A DNA stretch of 64,000 nt from an uncultured Desulfobacter sp. (GCA_963665095.1 OY762069.1:3264001-3328000), one strand, 5' to 3'; shown: positions 1 to 10,975, counted from the first letter of the stretch. The notes: generated by a model from the sequence alone, not told the origin. Numbers and translations: made by a program.

Positions 1-2
1 TT

Positions 3-1076
3 CCCCCCGGGACCAGGGTTTTCCTCCCCTACCTGCCCGCCTATTCAGGCGTTATCAGGGAAACCCTGGCCCGGCAGGGAATATCGGCTAAAGAGCTTCC
101 TGAAACAAGCGAACGCGCCCTGAACCGGGGAAGGGAGCATACCACGGCCAATGAATACTTTTCCCTGACCGCTCTTTTAGGTGATATCCTTGAAACCCTT
201 GACCATGATTCCAATCCTGAAACCGCGGCTTTTCTCATCCCCCAGACCGAAGGGGCCGAGGTGGACGGTCAGTACAGCCGGTTTATCCGCACCAAGCTGG
301 ACCAGGAAGGGTTCACAACGGCCCGCATCGTCTCGCCCTTTCTGGAGGACGGCATTTCAGGCGACCCTGCCCTTTTGTACAAGATTTTCATGGGAACCCT
401 GGCCACAGACCTGATCTGGCTGGCCCCGCCCCGGCACCGCACGGCCCACCAGGCATTTGTGAACAAACTGATAAAAAGAAATGAGCTGAACCCGGACAAC
501 CTTGCCATTCTGGCAGGCGTCATCCGGAAAAACCTGGCAGGCGCCACCTTTAAAAAACAGATCTTTGCCATTGGCGATCCCCTGGTACTGTTCAACGATT
601 TTTTAACGGACCGCCATTTTTCCTGGCTTGAAGCCTGCGGCCACCGGGTGGTCTATGCCCCCATGAGCGAATACCTGGCCCTGCTGTGGAAGGACTGGGC
701 AGAACAGAACGCAAAGGAAAACAAAGAAGAGCTCCTGGACCGGGTGGAAAACCTGTGGGGCATGGTCCGGGATATAGACCGGCACTTAAGCGGTATCAGC
801 GCATTTTCAAAAAGCCTGGATGATCTTGCAACTCAGGCCCAAAACACCCTGGGCTATTACGCAGGGGCCAACGGCCGGTACAGGCTGGGCAAATGCCTGG
901 ATATCCGTGGGAAAGTTGACGGCATCATCACGGTATCGCCCATGTACGAAAACACGGGCATTTCCCTGAACGCCCTGGACCGCAAGCTTGAATTTCCTTT
1001 ACTCAACCTCACCCTTGACGGCAACCGTACCCCTTCTGACAGAACCCGGCTGGAGGCGTTTCTTTATTACCTGTGA
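3..1076 (+). CDS. C-terminal part of a CoA-substrate-specific enzyme activase / 2-hydroxyacyl-CoA dehydratase activator-type protein (5' end outside window)
   Basis: Frame of ORF 261..1076 is open back to base 3 (PPGTRVFLPYLP...GREHTTANEYFSL...GQYSRF); C-terminal GIITVSPMYEN...LNLTLDGN...RTRLEAFLYYL is typical of this family. Confidence 0.6.
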   Translation, partial: PPGTRVFLPYLPAYSGVIRETLARQGISAKELPETSERALNRGREHTTANEYFSLTALLGDILETLDHDSNPETAAFLIPQTEGAEVDGQYSRFIRTKLDQEGFTTARIVSPFLEDGISGDPALLYKIFMGTLATDLIWLAPPRHRTAHQAFVNKLIKRNELNPDNLAILAGVIRKNLAGATFKKQIFAIGDPLVLFNDFLTDRHFSWLEACGHRVVYAPMSEYLALLWKDWAEQNAKENKEELLDRVENLWGMVRDIDRHLSGISAFSKSLDDLATQAQNTLGYYAGANGRYRLGKCLDIRGKVDGIITVSPMYENTGISLNALDRKLEFPLLNLTLDGNRTPSDRTRLEAFLYYL

Positions 1077-1342
1077 CAGGTATTCCTTATTATTTCATCG
1101 TATTCAAGAGGCGTTGCCCCGCCAGAAGGCTCAATCATTGTATTTTTTCCCCACAGCCTTCTGGAAGGCCTCCATAATTTCTGCCACCATATTCTCAAAA
1201 ACGACTTTAAAATGGTGATCACTCAATGCCTGAGCTTCAAGATACATATGGATGTGAAATGTTATTCATCCGTTCCTGTGCAATAAAAACGGCCTGTTTT
1301 CTAGCAGGATAATTGGAAGATCCATGGACATAAAAATATTTT

Positions 1343-3313
1343 CTAATCCTCAGCAATGACCTTGACCACCCCCCCTGTCAAAGGCAGGATGTCGGGTTCA
1401 TTATCAGGATCGGTTACAGCCCTTACGACAATTACATAGTTATTTGCTTCCGGAAAGGTATAGGAGCAGCTATTGGAAGTTGAATAATCCTGCATCACTG
1501 TCCAGTCCGAAGAACCATATGCATCGGTCCCGTAATTGGGGCAATAATAAAATTTGTAGTAAACTGAATCATCAGCGGCTGAAGCCAGAGCATTTGCAAC
1601 AATCTGCACCGGGCTTCCCAGGGCAACATCTCCGCTCGTAGCGAATTCAGAGATGTTTAGATCAGGATTTGTCCCGACGGAAACGACCTGACCGTAAAGA
1701 AGAATATCATCAGGTTCATTATCCGGATCAGAAGTCACACGTACCACTACAATGTAGTTGTTTACTTCGGAAAAAGACCAAATACAGGTATTTGAGGTCG
1801 AATAATTTTTCATCATCACCCATGGCGAAGAATCATAATCATCTGCCCCATAATTGGCCCGATAATAAAAGCAATAATAAAGGTTTCCCCCATCACTTTC
1901 TGGTGCTGCCACTGTAAAAATCACGCTGTCATTCACCTGGACCTCACCTGAAGGCGAGACAATTAATCCGGTATCAGCTTCAGGAACATACTCATCGGAC
2001 CCCATATCCACACACTCCCCGCTTATGCGGTTGTCCCCATCCACGTCCTCATTCACGTCAACATCAGCGTCGCTACCTGCATCAATACAGGGTGAATTCT
2101 TTTCCAGATGCAGATCAAGACTCCCTGCAAATATAGGGTTTGCATCAATATTTGAACCGGAATCAACGCCTGTATCTGTATCCCAGTTGTCGCCGCTTCC
2201 ACCCGAACCTTCGACATCGCAGTAACTAATTGTTACCGTACTGTCTATATTGTAGATTTCGCTTCCGAAACCAGATGACAGGTCCCCCCACAAAATGCAG
2301 TTGGTTAAAGTGACTTCCGAATCAAGATTGTATATTCCGCCACCGTAATCGCCTGTTTCGTTTCCACTGAGGGTGCAATTGGTCAACCCAAGGGTCGAGT
2401 CCGAGGAAAATATCCCACCGCCATAGTATTCTGTGGCCTTGTTTCGGCTAAGGGTGCAGTTGACCAAAGTTAACGATGACCCAACACAATATATGCCTCC
2501 GCCATACATCTCAACTGTATTATTTGTGTATGTGCAATTGGTCAGCGTAAAATCCGATTCAGAACAATACATTCCGCCGCCATATCCCTCAACGGATTCA
2601 TTTCTGATGAATGTGCAGTCGGTCAATGTAATATCGGATTCAGAAGATCCACATATACCGCCGCCATACTTATTCGCCGTGTTTTTGCTGAAACTGCAGC
2701 TGTCCAACATGACCTGCGATCCAGAGCAATACAAGCCGCCACCATAGTTTTCTGTGACGTCATTGCTGTCGAAGGTGGTATCTTTTATTGTAAGCTCACA
2801 GGTAGAACAATATATTCCCCCACCGTTATTTATTGCGGAATTACCGTTGATAAGGCAATTGACTATGGAAGAAGAACCCGTGACATTTTCAGCATATATC
2901 CCTCCGCCTTGATCGGCTGAACCACCCGTGATGGTCAGCCCGTCCAAAACAACGTCGGATACACCTGAAAGCGTAACACAAGATCCGGAAGCACTGCCGT
3001 TAATAATCGTCACATAAATTTCAGGATCCTGCTGGGCAAGATAGTCTTCTGACCCTATAAAACCGCCGAACAAAGAGACACCACCAGCCATCGCAATATT
3101 TTCTTCATAGGTTCCTTTTGCCACCCATATTTCATCTCCTGCCCCGGCCGCAGTCAGGGCGGAAGCAATTGTATTAAAGGCCGTTCCCCAAGTTAAGCCG
3201 TCGCCATCACTGTCAGCATTCCAGTCCACATAAAGAACACCAGCCAAGGCGGCCTCTGAAAATCCGATAAGAATCAGAACCACAATTAATTGTTTCATAA
3301 TAAAAGGTTTCAT
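1343..3313 (-). CDS. Secreted right-handed parallel beta-helix (PMP-like) repeat protein with two C-terminal Tyr-rich beta repeats
   Basis: Signal peptide; repeated FxxNxA...GGG(I/L/M)Y motifs; DLHLEKNSPCIDAG...DMGSDEY motif; duplicated YYxFYY..NYG.D.Y..S.W..M..YSTSN module; GGAG RBS before ATG 3313. Confidence 0.8.
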   Translation of the reverse strand: MKPFIMKQLIVVLILIGFSEAALAGVLYVDWNADSDGDGLTWGTAFNTIASALTAAGAGDEIWVAKGTYEENIAMAGGVSLFGGFIGSEDYLAQQDPEIYVTIINGSASGSCVTLSGVSDVVLDGLTITGGSADQGGGIYAENVTGSSSIVNCLINGNSAINNGGGIYCSTCELTIKDTTFDSNDVTENYGGGLYCSGSQVMLDSCSFSKNTANKYGGGICGSSESDITLTDCTFIRNESVEGYGGGMYCSESDFTLTNCTYTNNTVEMYGGGIYCVGSSLTLVNCTLSRNKATEYYGGGIFSSDSTLGLTNCTLSGNETGDYGGGIYNLDSEVTLTNCILWGDLSSGFGSEIYNIDSTVTISYCDVEGSGGSGDNWDTDTGVDSGSNIDANPIFAGSLDLHLEKNSPCIDAGSDADVDVNEDVDGDNRISGECVDMGSDEYVPEADTGLIVSPSGEVQVNDSVIFTVAAPESDGGNLYYCFYYRANYGADDYDSSPWVMMKNYSTSNTCIWSFSEVNNYIVVVRVTSDPDNEPDDILLYGQVVSVGTNPDLNISEFATSGDVALGSPVQIVANALASAADDSVYYKFYYCPNYGTDAYGSSDWTVMQDYSTSNSCSYTFPEANNYVIVVRAVTDPDNEPDILPLTGGVVKVIAED

Positions 3314-3369
3314 TACTGTCTCCACAAAAAGTCCGCTATTAAACAAAAAGAGTTATGCAACATCAGGAT

Positions 3370-3978
3370 CTAAAATCCTGTCAGATCTACCTGCCCCGAT
3401 ATAAACATCTTTGTTCCATTCAGAGCGTCTGTAATGATAATACCGCATTTATCCAACATGCCCCTGATGATGTCACGGTCCAAGGGATTGTCTTCAACAG
3501 GCATTGTAACGTCTTCAATGCCCCTGTGAAGATCAAAATCAATGGTGCAAAAAATTGTCGAAAATTCGTCAGACAGCTCCCGTGCCCGTTTCTCCAGGTT
3601 TTCCACAAACCCACCTCCCTTTCCTAAAGCCACTACCAGCCACTGTCAATGACACAGGAAAATGTCAGGCTGTGGTCGGGATTCACATCCAAAATGGAGC
3701 GTACATACCAGGGATCCCCGATCTTACCGGCAGTGGTACACCCGGTAACTGGACAATCAAACCGGGACCGAAGTTCTGCTGCCAGGGCGTCCGGATAATA
3801 CTATTGAGCTGCACAAAAAAATCACACCGGCTGTCTCATCCTGCGAAAGCTGCGCGATCAGGGATGCTACGGCCACAACAGGATGCTGGTCATTTACCTC
3901 TGCACGTTTGAGTTTTCCAGAGAGATTACCAGACATCGCGATTTTGCTTATGTCTGAATTTACAATTTTTGCCCACAC
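3370..3978 (-). pseudogene. Possible remnant of a hybrid sensor kinase/receiver gene
   Basis: Short broken ORFs; VEDNPLDRDIIRGMLDKCGIIITDALNG resembles a receiver-domain N-terminus. Confidence 0.3.
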
Positions 3979-4150
3979 CTCAAAATGTTTTACGGATCAG
4001 GTAGGATTATCTATTGTAGTACTGTCATCTGTACCATAGAATGAATAAAATTGTCAAAACAGACCGAAAGGGGGCTCAACCTGATCGCGGTAGAGTTGAT
4101 GCAGTCTGCCGCGATATTAAGCGGTAAGAATGCTTCATGCTGGTTAAATT

Positions 4151-5239
4151 TCAGCCTTTTCCCAGTACAGCGATTGCAGCACGACGGGCACTGTCCAGAG
4201 CGCCTTCAAGGTAACCGCCAAACTCGTCTGCGGTTTCAGTTCCGGCCAAGTGAAGTGAATTCTCCCAGACGCTTGTTTTGCCGCCAGGGGGATAAAACTC
4301 AGGGTGGTTATGCCGGGAGCGTAAGTCATATTCCGTGGCCGTGAAAGATTCCTTTGCCCAGTCCCGGTAATATACTGCAACAGGCCGGCAGGCATCCGGG
4401 CCGAACATATGGGTCAGCTGCGCAATAATCGCCCGGGTCATGGTCTGTTCATCTTTTCGCCGCAACGCCGGAATTCCCACAAATCCTGTCAGTCCGTAAG
4501 GTTTGCCGTCGGGGCTGGAGCCGTCATGGATTTCACCCATGGGGCCGCACAGACTGAATCCCTGGCCGGAAAAAGACATTTTGCGCCAGTCTGCCTGGTC
4601 ATACAGGGCAAAAAATTTGGCATGGCCGGCCATCCAGGTGGAGGCCTTCAGCATGGCCTGGGAAAGATCATAGGAAAGTTCCGGGGTAAATAGAATGGCG
4701 CCGGCCGCAAGCCTTGGCGGCAGGGCCAGAATCACATCAGACGCCTCCAGCCGGCACTGGGGTTCCTGGTCAAGATGCCCCACGGTTACCCGGATTCCGT
4801 GGTCCAGGCGCTCAATTTCACACACAGGATGATCAAGACGGATGCACTCCGAGGGCAACCTTGCCACAAGCCCTGCCACCAGGGCCATCATCCCCCCTTC
4901 AACCCGAAACCCCTGGGGTTCCATGGGATACCCCTGAACGGTCTCCACATGACCGTCCTTGGTCTGGAACCGGGCAAATCCGGCATCAAACTGGGGATAG
5001 CGCTTAAGTCCCAGGTCTTCAATCAGGGCACAGACTTCCGGGTTGATCATGGGCCAGAACCAAGACGGGCCAAGATCGGCAGAAAAGCCATTGTATTCCG
5101 GACTCAGGATTCTGCCCCCCACCCGGGATCTTCCCTCCAGCACAACCAGTGATTTTTTTTGTTTGACCAGCCTGACAGCTGCGGCAATCCCGCTTAAGCC
5201 GGCACCAATAATAATGGTATCTACCTGTTCCATATTCAT
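4151..5239 (-). CDS. Flavin monoamine oxidase family protein
   Basis: IIIGAGLSG FAD motif, EGRSRVGGRI, DLGPSWFWP, C-terminal AGTETA..FGGYLEGAL. Confidence 0.9.
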   Translation of the reverse strand: MNMEQVDTIIIGAGLSGIAAAVRLVKQKKSLVVLEGRSRVGGRILSPEYNGFSADLGPSWFWPMINPEVCALIEDLGLKRYPQFDAGFARFQTKDGHVETVQGYPMEPQGFRVEGGMMALVAGLVARLPSECIRLDHPVCEIERLDHGIRVTVGHLDQEPQCRLEASDVILALPPRLAAGAILFTPELSYDLSQAMLKASTWMAGHAKFFALYDQADWRKMSFSGQGFSLCGPMGEIHDGSSPDGKPYGLTGFVGIPALRRKDEQTMTRAIIAQLTHMFGPDACRPVAVYYRDWAKESFTATEYDLRSRHNHPEFYPPGGKTSVWENSLHLAGTETADEFGGYLEGALDSARRAAIAVLGKG

Positions 5240-5401
5240 ATCACCCCTTTGACTCTCTTCCCCGGTCCGGGCACATCCAGGGTGTTATGCGCCTTTGGCC
5301 ATCAAAAATCAACGGTTTCATGACAGACAGGTATGCCAATAACCACTTGACATAAAAACCTAGGTGACCTATTTCCATAAATAAGCACTCGATCCAATCC
5401 A

Positions 5402-6215
5402 CAATCCATTGATAAGGTCTGTCATTATTACAACCGCAAAAAGGTGCTGGATATTGATGACTTTACGATCCCGGCCGGAAGCATCCTGGGCCTGTCCGGT
5501 CCCAACGGCAGCGGAAAAACAACCCTGTTAAAACTTTTAGCCTTTGCCATGGCCCCCAGTCAGGGAGAGATTTTTTTTGACGGCAAAAGGGAATTTCCCA
5601 TGTCTGCCAGGGTGCGCTCCAGAGTGACCCTGATGACCCAGACCCCGTACCTGCTCAAACGATCCGTGATGGATAATCTCGCCTATGGCCTTAAAATCAG
5701 AAAAGATACAAAGGATTTAAAAGAGCGGGCCACCTGGGCGCTAACGGCGGTGGGCCTGGATTTTAATGAATTTCACAGCCGCCTCTGGCACCAGCTGTCC
5801 GGCGGGGAAGCCCAGCGCGTGGCCCTGGCGGCCCGGCTGATTCTTAAACCCCGGGCCCTACCAAACCATAAACACAGAAAAAAGTGTCAGCTGGCGAGTA
5901 CCGCTGTCCGGCAATTTAGAAATCCGCCTTCCTGAAAAAACCGGAGAAACGGCCCTGATCGAAAAAGATAAAATCAAAATTGACGACAAACTTGAACATG
6001 AAGACTCTCATGAAAGCAACCAAGAGAATCGGCTTTCGGCCCAGATCACCCGAATGGCCCTGGAACCCCAAACTGATAGAATCGAAATCACCTTTGCCGT
6101 GGATAATTTCAGAATTCCCTTGTTTCTTCAAAAAGACCAGGCCGCCGGCCTGAACCTGCAGCCGGGAAAAAAAATGACCCTGAGATTCAGGATGGATGAT
6201 ATCTTCTGGCGATAG
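5402..6215 (+). pseudogene. Tungstate/molybdate-type ABC transporter ATPase (TupC-like) with internal deletion
   Basis: Walker A GPNGSGKTT and signature LSGGEAQR present, but Walker B and H-loop are missing after LILKPRA (~5860); a TOBE-like tail (RLSAQITRMALE...LQPGKKMTLRF) follows in another frame to TAG 6213-6215. Confidence 0.7.
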
Positions 6216-6220
6216 CCTGG

Positions 6221-6586
6221 TTACTGCCCTGCCCCCATCTTCTCTTCATACATCCGGATAAAATCGGTCAACTTGTCTGCCCAGCCCTGCATGAACCTGA
6301 TCCACAGATCAAGCAGTTCGCGCCCCTCATCGGTAATGGTATAGATCCGTTTGGCAGCCCCGGTCTCTCCGGTATCCCACTGGGAGGTGAGCAGATTTTC
6401 CTCCTCCATCTGGCGCAGATGCCGGTAAATCATTCCGGGAGGGGCGGCCCCATCAATAAAACCAAAGGTCTGAATGGTGGAGATCAGTTCATATCCGTAG
6501 GAGGGGGCAGATGCCAGCCCTAAAAGGATGGAGGCTTGCATATAGCGTTCCTGGCGGCCGGAACCGGGCATATTTCTTTGTGTCAT
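6221..6586 (-). CDS. PadR family transcriptional regulator
   Basis: SYGYELI...PGMIYRHLRQMEEENLL...KRIYTITDEG winged-helix pattern. Confidence 0.9.
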   Translation of the reverse strand: MTQRNMPGSGRQERYMQASILLGLASAPSYGYELISTIQTFGFIDGAAPPGMIYRHLRQMEEENLLTSQWDTGETGAAKRIYTITDEGRELLDLWIRFMQGWADKLTDFIRMYEEKMGAGQ

Positions 6587-6601
6587 ATGTAGCTCCTTGA
6601 C

Positions 6602-6622
6602 ATATATCCTTCAAGGATATAT
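6602..6622. promoter_or_regulatory. Palindromic operator, probably bound by the adjacent PadR regulator
   Basis: Perfect 10-bp inverted repeat ATATATCCTT-C-AAGGATATAT between the divergent padR and 6685..6894 genes. Confidence 0.55.
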
Positions 6623-6684
6623 ATTCAGTCTTATAAATATGATCTTGTATATCATATTCTCCCCTTTACGCATAGGAGGACCCA

Positions 6685-6894
6685 ATGGCCAAAATTTTTG
6701 TAAGGGAAAGACGAAAAGTCGAACAGGGCGAGAAAAAAGCCCGGTTCCGTGTGGTGGGTGTCAGCGGCAAAGAGCTCAAACTTTACGCGGATCATATCCG
6801 GAAAAGCGAACTTGAAACAATTGCGAAAGAATCTGGTGCACAAATTATCTATATGACAAAACACGGCTCCGGAAATCGGAACGGAAAGATGTAG
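6685..6894 (+). CDS. Small hypothetical protein (69 aa)
   Basis: Strong AGGAGG RBS, divergent from padR, followed by a terminator-like hairpin. Confidence 0.7.
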   Translation: MAKIFVRERRKVEQGEKKARFRVVGVSGKELKLYADHIRKSELETIAKESGAQIIYMTKHGSGNRNGKM

Positions 6895-6895
6895 C

Positions 6896-6938
6896 CACAG
6901 GTTCTGCCCGGGCTAAAAGCCTTCGGGCAGAACCTGTG
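6896..6938. terminator. Hairpin between convergent genes (likely terminator)
   Basis: 15-bp perfect inverted repeat CACAGGTTCTGCCCG / CGGGCAGAACCTGTG. Confidence 0.65.
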
Positions 6939-6945
6939 ATGTTAG

Positions 6946-6979
6946 AACCCATCTCAAAATATTTATTTTGAGATGGGTT
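6946..6979. repeat. Short palindrome resembling fused IS5-family-like ends
   Basis: AACCCATCTCAAAAT-ATTT-ATTTTGAGATGGGTT; related half-sites TTTTGAGAGGGCTTCTA (~19134) and TTTTGAGATGGTTTTTA (~19396). Confidence 0.45.
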
Positions 6980-7828
6980 TTACTGGTGGATGATAGTTCC
7001 CACATGCTTGCCCTTAAGCGCATCTCCTATCTTTTCCGGATGCCGCAGGGCATCAATCACCTGCAACTCTTTAAGGCATTTGGCGTTTTTCAGCATATTC
7101 AAAATGGGCCGCTCAATGATCAGATCGTCCAGATCCAGTTCAATCAAATCATCCACTGAAATCTTATCGTAGAATTCCAGCTTTTCCTTTTTCTTGGACT
7201 TTTTGGGATCTTTGGAAAAAAGCCCGGTCTCATCTTTAAGATAAATCAGGGATTTTGCCCCGATATTTTCAGCCAGTAAAAAGGCCCCGCAGTCCGTGCG
7301 GTGGGGAGGAATGGAGCCAAATTCAGCCGGGTGTTCAAAAAATCCATAGGGCGGAATCCCTGTGGTAATGGGCAAATGGCCCTGGCGGCAGAACATGGTC
7401 AACTGCTCAAGATTATCCCCATGGCTGATTCTCACCCCGCCATGCTTGGCTAAAAGGACGGAAAGCATCACAGCATTCTGGGAGGACACCTTATCCCCAA
7501 GCTTTGAAAGCACGCCCGTAGGCATGCCCAGATCAACGCCGATATTATATACATGTCGGGCCCTTGTCCCCCCACCGGTCATCAGCAGCAGCTTGTGCTC
7601 ATCCTTGAGACGGATCAGTTCGTCCACAATGGGAAAAATGGCTTTGGCACCTCGGTCCATGATGCTTTGCCCCCCGATCTTCAACACATTGATATCCGGA
7701 TGCATCCGAAAATATTCCCCGGATTCGGTGGTCTTTAAAAACTCCTTGCTCACCAGGGATTCCCCCAGCATTGGTGTGTCAATATGAAGCCGGCCCTTGT
7801 CTTTCTTCTCTTTAATGAGTTTTCCCAT
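6980..7828 (-). CDS. Molybdenum storage protein-like (amino-acid/uridylate kinase fold, MosA/MosB family)
   Basis: VLKIGGQSIMDRG, TGGGTRARH, IPPHRTDCGAFLLAE, KDETGLFSKDP match Azotobacter MosB motifs. Confidence 0.85.
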   Translation of the reverse strand: MGKLIKEKKDKGRLHIDTPMLGESLVSKEFLKTTESGEYFRMHPDINVLKIGGQSIMDRGAKAIFPIVDELIRLKDEHKLLLMTGGGTRARHVYNIGVDLGMPTGVLSKLGDKVSSQNAVMLSVLLAKHGGVRISHGDNLEQLTMFCRQGHLPITTGIPPYGFFEHPAEFGSIPPHRTDCGAFLLAENIGAKSLIYLKDETGLFSKDPKKSKKKEKLEFYDKISVDDLIELDLDDLIIERPILNMLKNAKCLKELQVIDALRHPEKIGDALKGKHVGTIIHQ

Positions 7829-8713
7829 CTTTTCTCCTTGGCCTCCTTGGCATGGTTAGACGTTCTTCATGCTGTTAACGATTTGAATCATCAATTGGCA
7901 GAATACAATTGCCGGCAGCTCCCCCGGCATTGTCTGCAATAGCACTTTTTTTCTAAGCCGTGTTTAACCATAAACAGGAGGTCTTCTTCAGATTCAACGC
8001 AGATAAAAATCCAACATAGAAGCAACGCGAAAACACCATCAATGGATGAGCGCTTAAATAATCGCTGCGTTAAACAGGCTCGTTTCTACACCACCAGCGG
8101 GAGGCAATTAAATTAAGTCAGATATTGGTGATATAATTAAGAATGAATATTAGAGGCTTTAACCGGCATTTTCAACCCGGGATTCGGCCTTGGCACCCAT
8201 CCAAGCTCCCGCGACCTGTCCAGTAATAAATTTTCCGATAAAAAAACAACAATTGTCCTGACCGGGTATCAAGGAGATATAAGGCGCTTTTTTAAGTTGC
8301 CCTCAGATCTTCAATTGTTTCAAAAATTCAAAGATAGGAAATTACGGATAGCAAAAATAGTTTGCTATCCTGAACCTTTCCCAGACCTCATAAAGCATAA
8401 AAGCCAAGCCCGAATGATACGATGAAAGGCCTGGCCCTGCGTGCGATTTCCGCACAAGGCTCAAATATTCCCGCAATAACATACCAAAGGACAACTCGTC
8501 ATAACGCCTGATTAACGGGTACTCAGGATCATATCCACCCCGAAAGCAGTTGAATGGCACCAGACTTGCAATACATGCGGTACCAGGCTTGCAACAGATA
8601 TAGTTCCCTGGAAAGGGTCTGCGGGAAAGGATTCGAGGAAAAAAGCTCCCAGACAGGTTAGCAGTTATTTGCAAGTATCAAACAACAGTGATAGATTGGC
8701 CGGGAAATCTGCC

Positions 8714-10975
8714 ATGACTGGCTTTAAAAAGGGAAATCCGGTGTTTTTCAACAGTATAAGAACCAAACTTATCTGCATTCTGATCGTTCTTGGCGGACTT
8801 CCCCTTATGGTTGTAGGCGCAGTATCCTACCACAGCGCAGCCAATGCCCTGATGGTCCAAACCCGGGAGCAGCTGGACAGTGTTGCGGCAAAAACCGTGG
8901 AGCAGATCGACCATTTCTTTGACGTGCTTGAAAAGGACATCAGCCTTTTATCCCACTCCCCATTTGTCCAGCTGGCCTTTCTGCAGTTTGAGTTCAACCA
9001 GAAGCTGGACACGGCCCGGCGCCTCCTGGACGACTATTCCCGGAACAACACCTATTTCAGCAATATCCATCTGGTGGATATGTCCGGGCACTGCATTGTT
9101 TCCATTGCACAATCTCCAACTGAACCAGCCCCCGATTTTTCAAACCAACACTGGTTTGTTAAAACGCTTGAACAAGGCATATTTTTATCGGATGCCAATT
9201 TTTTCCGGAAAGACACCCCTACCTGTGTGATTTTGGGGAAAACCGTCTATGATTTTGAGGTTCCCGGCAGAAAAATCGGTGTGCTGGCCTTTGAAATTAA
9301 TCAGGAGGCGTTTACCCATTATGTTGCCAGCCTTCGCATCGGGAAAAAAGGCCGGGCGTTTCTCATTCATAACAAGGGGTTGCTCATTTATCATCCTGAT
9401 CACCCATCCGGCTCCATTCTTGAAATTGATCTGGTTATCAAGGGGGACCAGCGGTTTAAAGACCACCTTTGCCAAATGATGGACGGCCAGACCGGAAGCG
9501 GAGATTATGCCTACGAGGATATGGAAAAATTTTTTGTATACCGCCCCTGCGGAAAGATGAACTGGAGCATTGGGCTCACGGTGTTCAAATCCGAACTCAT
9601 GGCAGATATCCACAGGCTCAGGAATCAGGTTTTAACCTTTACCGGTATTGTTTTCGGGCTGTTCCTGCCCGTCTCTTTCCTTTTCGTTAACGGACTTACC
9701 CGACGCATTCACAAACTGGTGAAAGGTGCCAGCCAGATCCGCAAGGGCGACCTGGATCAGAAAATCACCATACGGACAAAGGATGAATTCTATGTCCTGG
9801 CTGAAGAATTCAACCGCATGGCCCAGACCCTTAAAAAAAATATGGAAGAGATCCTGGACCTGAAAAATTTTAAAGAGGATATCTTCCGAAATCTCTCCTC
9901 GGGCATTATTACCCTGGACGGTACCGGAAAAATCTCATCCATCAACAAAAGTGCCAGATCCATGCTGGCAATCTCTCACGATGATCCGGAACAGGATACA
10001 GGACTGGTCCGGCAGATTTCTAATCTTATTAAATCCTCCATGGTATCAGGCAAGGATGTTGTGGGCCAGGAGTTTGAGCGGGTCACCCCCCAGGGCGACA
10101 TGATCCATGTGGAGGTCAACATCTCCAAGCTGACCAATATCTCGGGCGGGCTCATTGGCGCCATTGCAGACATCCGGGACATTACCCGGCGAAAACGCAT
10201 GGAAGAGCAGATGGTCCGGGTGGACAAGCTGGCCTCTTTAGGACAATTGTCCGCAGGCATGGCCCATGAAATACGAAATCCCCTGGCCGGTATGAAAACC
10301 AGTGTCCAGGTCCTGGCCGAAAAGGCCGGATCCGAGGATGAAAAATTTCTCATCCAGGGCGTTCTTTCCGAAATTGACCGGCTCAACAAAATTGTTTCCG
10401 ATCTTCTCTCCTTTTCACGGCCTTCCCAGCCCCACCCCGACGCCATAGATGTGCCGGCGGTCCTGAAGAAAGTCATTGAAATGGTTAAAGAGAAAACCGG
10501 TAAATATCATATTAAAGTCAAATGCCAGTGGCAGGATCACCTGCCCAGGATCCTGGCAGACAAGGAACAGCTCTACCAGATTTTTCTCAATCTTATTCTC
10601 AACGCTATCACCGCCATGGGCAGGGAAGGCTGTCTTACACTGTCCGCAGATATTTTCAATGATAAAGAAGGCCTGTCTAATACAGTCAGTGCAGTGATCA
10701 CTCCCGAAGAGATCCCGGAAGACAAAAAAGATTTTCTGGCAGTGCGGGTCAACGACACCGGCCAGGGGATTTCCAAGGAGAACTTAAGCCGGATTTTCAA
10801 CCCGTTTTTCTCCACCTCCCCCAAGGGCACCGGCCTTGGGTTGCCCATTGTCCACAAACTTCTGGAAAAAAACCAGGGGTATATTTTCATAGACAGTGTG
10901 GTGGGTAAGGGAACCCAGGTACTTCTGCTGCTTCCCATTGCCCCGGACACAAACAACCAACAGATTCAAGGGTGA
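8714..10975 (+). CDS. Sensor histidine kinase (Cache-HAMP-PAS-HisKA-HATPase)
   Basis: Two TM segments, HAMP, H-box GMAHEIRNPL, N-box QIFLNLILNA, DTGQG, FNPFF, GTGLGL. Confidence 0.95.
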   Translation: MTGFKKGNPVFFNSIRTKLICILIVLGGLPLMVVGAVSYHSAANALMVQTREQLDSVAAKTVEQIDHFFDVLEKDISLLSHSPFVQLAFLQFEFNQKLDTARRLLDDYSRNNTYFSNIHLVDMSGHCIVSIAQSPTEPAPDFSNQHWFVKTLEQGIFLSDANFFRKDTPTCVILGKTVYDFEVPGRKIGVLAFEINQEAFTHYVASLRIGKKGRAFLIHNKGLLIYHPDHPSGSILEIDLVIKGDQRFKDHLCQMMDGQTGSGDYAYEDMEKFFVYRPCGKMNWSIGLTVFKSELMADIHRLRNQVLTFTGIVFGLFLPVSFLFVNGLTRRIHKLVKGASQIRKGDLDQKITIRTKDEFYVLAEEFNRMAQTLKKNMEEILDLKNFKEDIFRNLSSGIITLDGTGKISSINKSARSMLAISHDDPEQDTGLVRQISNLIKSSMVSGKDVVGQEFERVTPQGDMIHVEVNISKLTNISGGLIGAIADIRDITRRKRMEEQMVRVDKLASLGQLSAGMAHEIRNPLAGMKTSVQVLAEKAGSEDEKFLIQGVLSEIDRLNKIVSDLLSFSRPSQPHPDAIDVPAVLKKVIEMVKEKTGKYHIKVKCQWQDHLPRILADKEQLYQIFLNLILNAITAMGREGCLTLSADIFNDKEGLSNTVSAVITPEEIPEDKKDFLAVRVNDTGQGISKENLSRIFNPFFSTSPKGTGLGLPIVHKLLEKNQGYIFIDSVVGKGTQVLLLLPIAPDTNNQQIQG

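Noticed and set aside
2240..2920. Periodic ccgccgccata-type repeats as a CRISPR or DNA repeat array
   Set aside because: They encode the GGG(I/M)Y beta-helix repeats and vary at synonymous positions; there is no repeat-spacer structure and no cas genes
7829..8700. Moco/tungsten riboswitch or gene (ORF 8342..8674) upstream of the Mo-storage gene
   Set aside because: No recognisable motif and the ORF has no RBS or family features; an Rfam search would be needed
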